DNA of 64,000 nt from assembly GCF_902713615.1 (NCBI RefSeq), contig NC_052168.1:2914001-2978000 (forward strand), given 5' to 3'. Positions 23,873 to 33,212 of this stretch are shown piece by piece (within the stretch, counting starts at the first letter, position 1; each line of letters starts with the position of its first letter). The translations under genes and the position numbers were made by a program. The notes beneath the pieces were generated by a model. That model was not told the origin of the DNA, made no database searches, and saw only the letters and a list, made by a program, of their open reading frames with translations. This DNA comes from Scyliorhinus canicula. Taxonomy: Eukaryota.

Positions 23873-25495
23873 GTGAGCTCTGCTGGGGTGGGTGTGTGTG
23901 TGTGAGTGGCTCCACCTCTGGGTCATACAGGAGGGACCAGTTGCTACAGCATCTGGTTTATGCTGTGCACCGACCGGTTTAAGGAGAAGCTGCATGAAAG
24001 AGGGATAGACGGTTAGGCGCGAGGCAGTAGAGTGGGTCATGAGGCTCGTGGAGAATAAACATTGACCCATTGGCTCGAATGGCCTGTGACGTGAATTCTG
24101 TGCCCTGTATTCGCCGGGGAACTGCGCGCAGGGGTTTTTCACTGTGGGTCCAATTTCAGTAGGAAGCTGAATGATCCGGCACATTGGATGTAGTTATCTG
24201 CATCCTCTTGTCAGTTTTAATTCTGCGCAGCCTTGCACTCTGTAACAATTGGAACGCTGAGCTGTGAATTCAGAGGCCGAAAAAGCATCTGCAGTTCATG
24301 CTTGCCTTCATCGGACGGGGCATTGAGTTTAAAAATTAGCAAGTCATGTTGCAGCTTTATAGAATATAGTGTTCAATTCTGGTCGCCACACTACCAGGAG
24401 GATGTGGAGGCTTTGGAGAGGGTGCAGTAAAGATTTACCAAGATGTTGCCTGGTTATGGAGGGCATTAGCTATGAGGAGAGGTTGAATAAACTCGCAACG
24501 ATGTAGGTTGAGGGGCGACCTGATAGAGGTCTACAAGATTGAGGGGTATGGACAGAGTGCATAATCAGAAGTTTTTTCCCAGGGTGGAAGAATCAATTAC
24601 TAGGGGGCGTAGGTTTACGGTACGAGGGGCAAGGTTTACAGGGGATGTACGAGGGAAGTTTTCTTTTACACAGAGGGTAGTGGGAGCCTGGAACTCGTGG
24701 CCGGGGGAGGTGGTAGAAGCAGATGCGATAGGGCAGCACGGTAACACAGTGGTTAGTACCGTTGCTTCACAGCAGCAGGGTCCTAGGTTCGATTCCCGGC
24801 TTGGGTCACTGTCTGTGCGGAGTCTGCATGTTCTCCCCGTGTCTGCGTGGGTTTCCTCCGGGTGCTCCGGTTTCCTCCCACAGTCCAAAGATGTGCGGGT
24901 TAGGTGGATTGGCCGTGATAAATTGCCCTTGGATTAGGTGGGGTTGCTGGGTTACAGGGATAGGGTGGAAGTGTGGGCTTAAGCAGGGTGCTCTTTCTGA
25001 GGGCTGGTGCAGACTCGATGGGCTGAATGGCCTCCTTCTGCACTGTTTTGTTTTTTAAAATTCTAGTGACTTTTAAGGGGTGTCTTGACAAATACATGAA
25101 TAGGGTGGGAATAGAGGGATAGGAACTCTGGAAGGGTAGGGGGTTTGAGTGCAAGCGGGCAGCATGGTCCATGCAGGCTTGAAGGGCCGTAGTGCCTGTT
25201 ACTGTGCTGTAACTTTCTTGTTTATATGACTGAGGCAGGAATGAATGGCGGTGGGTGGGGGGTTGGGTGGGGTGGGGGGATGTGCCTGGTTTATTTTTTG
25301 GCAGTAGGCTGTGATCGTTGGGAGTGGTGGTGAGGGTTCCCACCTGTGGCCATGGTGTGTGCAGGCGAGGTGAGAGCCACTGTGTTGAGTGGAAGCTCCC
25401 TCCTGGTGCTGTGAACACTGGCTGGTGTGTTGATCTGTTTGAGCTGTGCTGGTTTGCTGCTGAACCCGTCCTTCCGTCTCTCTCCCTGTCCGCAG

Positions 25496-25600
25496 CAAGT
25501 CATCCGTGTCTACAGCCTCCCCGATGGCACCTTCAGCTCTGAAGAAGATGAGGATGATGATGATGACGATGACGACGAAGAGGAGGATGGCGCGCAGTGA
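25496..25600 (+). CDS. EIF3D: EIF3D coding exon 14 (acidic tail); ends at TGA 25598-25600 if not spliced further
   Basis: QVIRVYSLPDGTFSSEEDEDDDDDDDDEEEDGAQ*; acceptor ccgcag. The 14 exons sum to 1653 nt (550 aa plus stop). The 3' boundary is uncertain (possible donor GTGAGG at 25597). Confidence 0.85.
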   Translation, partial: QVIRVYSLPDGTFSSEEDEDDDDDDDDEEEDGAQ

Positions 25601-26173
25601 GGGGCATTGAAACCCCCCCCCACCCCCCTCAATGGGAAACTCATAGAATTGACCAGGTCTTACCAGCACCACACTCGGGCCAGCATTTTACAGCCCCTCC
25701 TGTCCCGTGGGATGTTCTGCTCCCTTAGAACTAGAATTTAAATGTCCCAACACATTCGCCGGGGAGCCGCACAGTGGAGGGGCCCTAACAACCTGGTCAT
25801 AAGGTTCACTCAGTGTAGCAAGGGGAGGCATGAATACAAGTCATTCATTGTACACCCACTCAAACAAAACTCTGCTCGAGTCCTGCCCCCCAGTCATTTT
25901 TATCCAGAAACCCTAACTCCAGTTGGGGTGGCGATTCTCTGCTACATCTTTCCAAGTGTCGTTACTCCAGTGTCAGACTGTGGGACTTGTCACAGCTGAC
26001 CCAACCAGCAAAGGGCTACCCTCAGAACTACTGACCCCATGTCCTCCCTTTACAGCCCCTGGTGGACCTCCTGTGAGTTTCCAGCAATTTCTGTCATTAC
26101 TCCTGCCCTCCGCTGAAATTCACTCAAACGCTTTGCAATTGGAGCCAGCTGGAAGTAGAAATTCGTACTGATG

Positions 26174-27065
26174 TCTCTGCCTTGCTCTCTCTCTCGGTCT
26201 CTGCCTCCCTCTCTCTCTCTGCCTCCCTCTCTCTCTCGGTCTCTGCCTCCCTCTCTCTCTCGGTCTCTGCCTCCCTCTCTCTCTCGGTCTCTGCCTTCCT
26301 CTCTCTCTCTCGGTCTCTGCCTTCCTCTCTCTCTCTCGGTCTCTGCCTTCCTCTCTCTCTCTCGGTCTCTGCCTTCCTCTCTCTCTCTCGGTCTCTGCCT
26401 TCCTCTCTCTCTCTCGGTCTCTGCCTTCCTCTCTCTCTCTCGGTCTCTGCCTTCCTCTCTCTCTCTCGGTCTCTGCCTTCCTCTCTCTCTCTCGGTCTCT
26501 GCCTTCCTCTCTCTCTCTCGGTCTCTGCCTTCCTCTCTCTCTCTCGGTCTCTGCCTTCCTCTCTCTCTCTCGGTCTCTGCCTCCCTCTCTCTCTCTCGGT
26601 CTCTGCCTCCCTCTCTCTCTCTCTCGGTCTCTGCCTCCCTCTCTCTCNNNNNNNNNNNNNNNNNNNNNNNNNNNNNNNNNNNNNNNNNNNNNNNNNNNNN
26701 NNNNNNNNNNNNNNNNNNNNNNNNNNNNNNNNNNNNNNNNNNNNNNNNNNNNNNNNNNNNNNNNNNNNNNNNNNNNNNNNNNNNNNCTCTCTCGGTCTCT
26801 GTCTCTGCCTCCCTCCCTCTCTCTCTCGGTCTCTGTCTCTTCCTCGCTCTTTCTCTCTCGGTCTCTGCCTCCCTCTCTCTCTCTCTCGGTCTCTGCCTCC
26901 CTCTCTCTCTCTCTCTCTCGGTCTCTGCCTCCCTCTCTCTCTCTCTCGGTCTCTGTCTCTGCCTCCCTCCCTCTCTCTCTCGGTCTCTGTCTCTTCCTCG
27001 CTCTTTCTCTCTCGGTCTCTGCCTCGCACTTTCTCTTGCTCTGCATCGCTCTCTCTCTCTCGGAC
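26174..27065 (+). repeat. CT-rich compound micro/minisatellite (CGGTCTCTGCCTTCC(TC)n) with a 139-N gap at 26648-26786
   Basis: Direct inspection. Confidence 0.97.
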
Positions 27066-29994
27066 TCCCTCAGGGCTATTAACACCAGTTGCAAACCCCC
27101 CCCCCCCGGGCTATTTCCCACCGGTCTCTCCTTGTACAATAGCGAGTGACGTTTGATCAGTCTGTGATCGTCTGTGCACCAGGCTTGGACGACATGTTAT
27201 TTAAATTCAAATCCTGACGGCTGAATCTTCATATAGCAATAAGTAAGAAAAAACCCCAGAATATTATTACAAACTGATACAAGGGAGCACACATTTAAAG
27301 AACTGCAAAGTAAACTTAAAACTGACGTTGAGATGAAGAATCTAACCTGCTAAATGGGTCAGACTGTAGCGATGTTTAAAATTGCGGGTTGGGTGTCGGG
27401 TTGTGAGTTACGGAGCAACAATATCACCTGGGGAGATTCATCACTCCCTTTCTTGCTGTTTCAAATTTCTTCGCCAATTTGTCTTATTCCTCGCCACCCC
27501 ATCCCTTAACTTCTCCAATCCCAAAAGAGAGCCAGACAGTGTGGCCTTGACTGTCTCCTGAGTTGCAGATTGGCCAGTCTTTCTCCAATTACAGTGTGTG
27601 AACAATGTGTAAGTCAAACGCCCGTCTCTAATGAGGATCCTCGTTTGAAATGTGTTCGGGAAGGTAATTCCGATTTGAAGTTTTGCGGGAGGGGATGAGT
27701 TGTGTACAACGGAAATGAGAATAAAAATTCCACTTTGAAGAGAGGTTTTTATCGTCCGTGATTTTTAATCCCACCACACGTTCCCTGCTGTTTGTGAACA
27801 AGCATTGTCCCCCTCGGGTTCAAAGGAGTGGGTGTCTGGTAGGTATGGGATCTGAGTCTGTCACCACGATGCCACAGCTGCCATGTTCCCCTCTGTCCTT
27901 GTCAATGCTGCTACTGCCGGACAGGTGAATCCAGTGGGAATGTACAAGGCACAAGTCAGGAGTGTGATGGAATACTCTCCACTTGCCTGGGCAATAGCAC
28001 TCAAGAAGCTCAACACCAATCCAGCACAAGGCAGCTCGCTTGATCAGCACCCCTTCCACCATCTTAAAACATCCACTCCCTCCGCCACTGATGCGCAGCA
28101 GCAGCAGTCTGTACCCTCTACAACTCCTCAAGGCTCCTTCAACAGCATCTTCCCAAATGTGTGATCTCTGACTTAGGACAAGGGCAGCAGATACACCACC
28201 ACGTGGAGGCTCCCCTCCCAAGTTGAGTTTCCAGTTCTGTCCCTCCCTCAACCACATTTCCGTGGTGGCAACGATATCACAATTTCACGTGTCAATCCCC
28301 ATCCTTCACTCATCAGTCTTACCTATAATAGGGAGCTGGTTTAGCACAGTGGGCTAAACAGCTGGCTTGTAATGCAGAACAAGGCCAGCAGCGCGGGTTC
28401 AATTCCCGTACCGGCCTCCCCCAACAGGTGCCGGATTGTGGCGACAAGGGGCTTTTCACTTAATTGATGCTTACTTGTCACAATCAGTGATTATTAATAC
28501 TCATGGCTTTAAAGAGGCCATCCAGCCTCTCCTTCGTCCCTTGGAACTCAACACGGCTGATCTCCATCTGTCTTGGTTCCTTTACTGTAGTATGCAGTGT
28601 CCCTATTGTACTAATGCTCTGTGACCCTCCCCCTGCCCAACTAATTAAACTCCCCAACAGCACTAGCTGTATTTTAAAAAAATATTTAGCTTTAAAATCA
28701 TTCGCTTTCGGAGCGCAGCCCCTTCCTCAAGTGACTTGCCTTAGGAAGGAGCAGTGCTCCGAAAGCTCGTGATTCCAAATAAACCTGTTGGACTTTAACC
28801 TGGTGTGGTAAGACTTCTTACTGTGCCCACCCCAGTCCAACACCGGCATCTCCACATCTTCAAATGATGCCACTGAGCATTCGAAGCTCACCTGAACAAG
28901 TAAGGTGTCTGCTACGCTGTGGCCCACATTTTCTCAGCTGGCCTCCACTGGGACAAACACTGTCAAAATCACCAACAAGACAGTGATGGCTGTTTTAAAC
29001 ACTAATGCTAATTTTAGTGTAAAAAAATAAATATAACTCCCATACCCAACATTTATTGACCACTCCTAATTGCGTCTGAGAAGATTGAAGTGAGCTGCCA
29101 CTTTGAATAGAACAAGGCCGTTTCAATGGCGGGGCAGTCAAGCGTCAACCGCATCGCTGTTTATTTGCTGGACGGAATTGAACTATCTCAGCTGACGAGG
29201 TGAACCCTTGTCTCAGAATTACTAGTCCAGTTCCTTAACAGCGTAGCCAAACTCCACACATAATACCTGATTGCTGTCGGTCAGAGACCTAAGGAGTGAA
29301 GCAGTCGGGAGCGTATTCTCTACTTTTCATCTGGCCCTGAAAGGTAATGTTCACACGCTCCCACCACGTGAATATCAGAATTGAGATCACTCGACCAATG
29401 AGGCCGTTACTCATTTATTTTAGAATTTTTAAAAATAAATTTTAGATTAGCCAATTATTTTTTCCAATTAAGGGGCAATTTAGCATGGCCAATCCACCTA
29501 CTCTGCTCATTTTTGGGTTGTGGGGGCAAAACCCACGCAGACACGGGGAGAATATGCAAACTCCACACGGACAGTGACCCAGAGCCGGGATCGAACCTGG
29601 GACCTCAGCGCCGTGAGGCGGTTGTGCTAACCACTAGGCCACCGTGCTGCCCCCGTTACTCATTTATTGCTGACAGACCGGGAACGTGATTAATCAAAGC
29701 TGGATTCCTAGTCGCAATGTGCCAATCATATTGGACTGTGCTGTACCAGACCAGAGCTCAGGACGTTTACCCTGAATTAGCCACGTGAGCACCAGCTCAT
29801 AGGGAAGAGTCAGACCAGTGTTAGGGTTTTGGCCGATTCTAGATGCTTTTACCGGCCCAAAATAAGGAAGTCGGTTAAAGCAGCAGAGACGGGTTCAGCG
29901 TTTGCGACATCACAACCCATCTACCTCCGCTTATACTGCTTGTTCCAATACTATCACCGCAATCCCAATAAACAAAAGCATTATTTGTTCACAG

Positions 29995-30415
29995 AACGGC
30001 CAGGCCCAGCATTTATTGTCCATCCCTAATTGCCCTTGAGAAGGTGGTGGTGAGCCGCCGCCTTGAACCAGCTGCAGTCCATGTGGTGTAGGTACACCCA
30101 CAGTGCTGTTAGGGAGGGAGTTCCGGGATTTGGACCCAGCGACAGTGAAGGAACGGCCAATATATTTCCAAGTCAGGGTGGTGAGTGACTTGGAGGGGAA
30201 CCTCCAGGTGGTGGGGTTCCCAGGTATCTGCTGCTCTTGTCCTTCTAGAAGGTAGAGGTCGTGGGTTTGGAAGGTGCTGACTAAGGAGCCTTGGTGAGTT
30301 GCTGCAGTGCTTCTTGTAGATGGTACACACGGCTGCCACTGTGCGTCGGTGGTGGAGGGAGTGAATGTTTAAGTTGGTGGGTGGGGTGATGATCAAGTGG
30401 ACTGCATTGACCTGG
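29995..30415 (-). mobile_element. Non-LTR retrotransposon (CR1/L2 group) 3' fragment
   Basis: SLHHRRTVAAVCTIYK.HCSNSPRLL.QHLPNPRPLPSRRTRAA; a related decayed piece lies at ~27940-28225 (+). Confidence 0.7.
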
Positions 30416-31363
30416 ATAACTTTAAAGCTATTAAAAGTGATGTTATTGGGAACTCATAGTCTGAGCTTAGTACTGGAAGCATTAGAAATATTAATAATCT
30501 TTATTAGTGTCTCAAGTAGCCTTACATTAACACTGCAATGACGTCACTGTGAAAATCCCCTTGTCACCACACTCTGGCGCCTGTTCGGGTACACAGAGGG
30601 AGAATTCAGAAAGTCCAATTCACCTAACAAGCACGTCTTTCGGGAGGAAACCCACACAGACACGGGGAGAACGTGCAGACTCCACACAGACAAGTCACCC
30701 AAGCCGGGAATCAAACCCGGGTCCCTGGCGCTGTGAAGCAACAGTGTTAACCCATTGTGCTACCGTGACGCCCACAGGTAGAATCAACAGGTGAAATGCA
30801 TGCCTGTTCAGAGACTGGAGGCAAAAACTGTGGAACCTTCCAAGGAACAGTTGTTGGGGCAGAGAGAGGGTGGTGGGGACTGTAAACTGCGTGTGGATGA
30901 GCTGTGATGTTTTAATCGCTCTGTGTCCCCGGCTCACTCGTATCATTGTTTCACAGAGGGCGGCATGTGGCGCAATGGTTAGCACTGGGATTGTGGAGCT
31001 GAGGACCCGGGTTCGAATCCCGGCCCTGGGTCACTGTCCGTGTGGAGTTTGCACATTCTCCCCCTGTCTGCGTGGGTCTCACCCCCACAACCTAAAGATG
31101 TGCAGGGTAGGTGGATTGGCCGCACTAAATTGCCCCTTAATTGGGAAAAAAATGAATTGGGTGCTCTAAATTTATTTATTTTTTAAAATCATTGTTTCAC
31201 AGATGTTTTGAGGTTTTGTCCCCACTGTCAATAAATTCACATCAACCCGAGTCTAAACAATATATAAGACATTGAAGAGCGAATATTCTGTTTCCCTCTC
31301 TAACCTGCCCAACTGGAGAAGCTGCTTACAGGCTGCTGCAGACGCCAGAGCTCAGTACAGCAA

Positions 31364-31389
31364 CGTCACTGTGAGGAGGGAGATATAAA
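31364..31389 (+). promoter_or_regulatory. Core promoter of the NPB/W-like gene: CRE half-site CGTCA (31364-31368) and TATAAA (31384-31389)
   Basis: Motifs seen directly; the TATA box begins 56 nt upstream of the ATG at 31440. Confidence 0.7.
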
Positions 31390-31439
31390 GAGCTCCTGCC
31401 TGTCGGACTGTGAGAGACACAACTTGCCACTGCTGCGGG

Positions 31440-31712
31440 ATGGCTCACCTCGGCCTGCCAATGATCATTGGGGTGACTGTGATTTTCTACCTTCTGTCCA
31501 ACACGCCAGCCTGCGGCTGGTACAGGCAGGCATCCAGCCCTCGTTATTACTCAGTTGGGCGAGCATCTGGGCTACTGCAGGGCATCCGCCGGTCTGCATA
31601 CGTCCGGCGAGGGGGCGTCAAAGAGGGCAGCACCCGAAACCCAGCAAAGCTTGGAGACTTCTTGGCAGAGGCTTGGAAGCGCCCGCTGATTGCGGAATGG
31701 GACTCTGCGACG
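31440..31712 (+). CDS. Neuropeptide B/W-family precursor, coding exon 1 (signal peptide + mature peptide)
   Basis: [26 protein letters not shown]|[31 protein letters not shown]: a hydrophobic signal peptide, then the WY..Y.VGRA.GLL.G.RRS.Y motif of NPB/NPW with two dibasic sites. Phase-0 donor GTGAGA at 31713. Confidence 0.95.
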
Positions 31713-32191
31713 GTGAGATTTCCCTCTCTTGCCTGCCCAGGTTAATAATGCCTGGCACAGTAACACCGACAGTCCCAGGTATTGAGTAGCACAGAGAGTC
31801 CCAGGGACTGGAATGTGTGGGTTCTGCTGATTCGGGGCAGTAGCCGCTGTTCACTGTTACTGCCTCCAGCATCCCGGGATTAGTGAAGGAGGATAGATCC
31901 TGCCCACTGTCAGAATAGAATGTGTGCATCTTTGCACGAGAGTTTGCACTTTTTTGCCTGTGCGTGTCTGCATGAGTGTGTGCACAAGAATCCGTGTATG
32001 CATGATTATCCCTAGGAGCAAATCAAACTGCCCCATGTTCAGGGGAGTGAAGGCAGATTGCAGGGGGAAGTAGGGGCACTGGTTGTGAATGAGTTAACTC
32101 CGTGAGGATAATGTTAACTCCCGGTTTGTGTATCCTAGATCTCGAGAGTGAGCACTTATGTATTTTTTAATAAGAGAACGTTTTATTGTAG

Positions 32192-32323
32192 ATGTGTGTG
32201 AAGGATGTCACTCCCCAGTTAAGCAGCTGTGCAGCCATCACTGAAGACCCATTGATCTTCAACTGTAAGGCCAATGTCCGCCTGACCGTGGATGTCAGTG
32301 GCTGCAACCCCATGGACCCATGA
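32192..32323 (+). CDS. Neuropeptide B/W-family precursor, coding exon 2 (4-Cys C-terminal domain)
   Basis: ttgtag|MCVKDVTPQLSSCAAITEDPLIFNCKANVRLTVDVSGCNPMDP*, resembling the NPB C-terminus (CV.DV.PNL..C...CKANV.L....C). In phase with exon 1; precursor is 134 aa. Missed by the ORF track (<60 aa). Confidence 0.93.
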   Translation: MCVKDVTPQLSSCAAITEDPLIFNCKANVRLTVDVSGCNPMDP

Positions 32324-32495
32324 GCAGACGAGGGGAAGGATTCGGAAATGGAGGTGGAAGAACAGAACAAGATGCAAAGAGCATGAAAAATGCCAACCTG
32401 TAAACCACTGTCACGCAAATCCCCAAAACAAGTCTGCATGTCTGATGTGAAATTTGTAATTAATTGTGACATATAATAGTGGAACTTCCACCTGC

Positions 32496-32536
32496 ATTAA
32501 AAGGGAATATTGAATATTCAGTTTATGTGAAATAAA
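32496..32536 (+). terminator. Polyadenylation signals of the NPB/W-like gene (ATTAAA 32496, AATAAA 32531)
   Basis: Hexamers ~170-210 nt after the stop codon in an AT-rich 3'UTR. Confidence 0.7.
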
Positions 32537-32613
32537 ATTAAATGTCAAATAAGATTGACTGTAAAACAGTGACTGATAAATCCAACGGGGAATTCAGGAG
32601 AAACTTCTTCACC

Positions 32614-33212
32614 CAGAGAGTGGGGGAGAATGTGGGACTCGCTCCCACAGGGAGTGGGGAGAATGTGGGACTCGCTCCCACAGGGAGTGGGGAGAATGTG
32701 GAACTTGCTCCCACAGGGAGTGGGGAGAATGTGGAACTTGCTCCCACAGGGAGTGGGGGGAATGTGGGACTCGCTTCCACAGGAGTGTAGAGAATGGGGG
32801 ACTCGATCCCACAGGGAGTGGGGAGAATGGGGGACTCGATCCCACAGGGAGTGGGGAGAATGTGGGACTCGCTCCCACGGTGAGTGGGGAGAATGTGGGA
32901 CTCGCTCCCACGGAGAGTGGGGAGAATGGGGGACTCGCTCCCACAGGGAGTGGGGAGAATGTGGGATCGCTCCCACAGGGAGTGGGGAGAATGTGGAACT
33001 GGCTCCCACGGAGAGTGGGGAGAATGTGGCATCGCTCCCACAGGGAGTGGGGAGAATGTGGAACTCGCTCCCACGGGGAGCGGGGAGAATGTGGGATCGC
33101 TCCCACAGGGAGTGGGGAGAATGTGGAACTCGCTCCCACGGGGAGCGGGGAGAATGTGGGATCGCTCCCACAGGGAGTGGGGAGAATGTGGAACTAACTC
33201 CCACAGGCAGTG
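32614..33212 (+). repeat. 33-bp G-rich minisatellite CAGGGAGTGGGGAGAATGTGGGACTCGCTCCCA, ~18 copies, inside a CR1 3' fragment
   Basis: Preceded by CR1-type FRRNFFTQRV coding sequence and followed by a CR1 tail (GATGGGCCAAATGGCCT at ~33347). Confidence 0.93.

Noticed and set aside
26120-27156. RE-rich and SL-rich long ORFs
   Set aside because: CT microsatellite spanning an N gap.
27501-27527. U12-type intron suggested by TCCCTTAAC
   Set aside because: No GTATCCT or ATATCCT donor at the end of the preceding EIF3D exon.
31440-32323. Assigning the symbol NPB or NPW
   Set aside because: The sequence is a mosaic and the neighbours fit neither canonical locus; orthology needs a tree and a synteny check.
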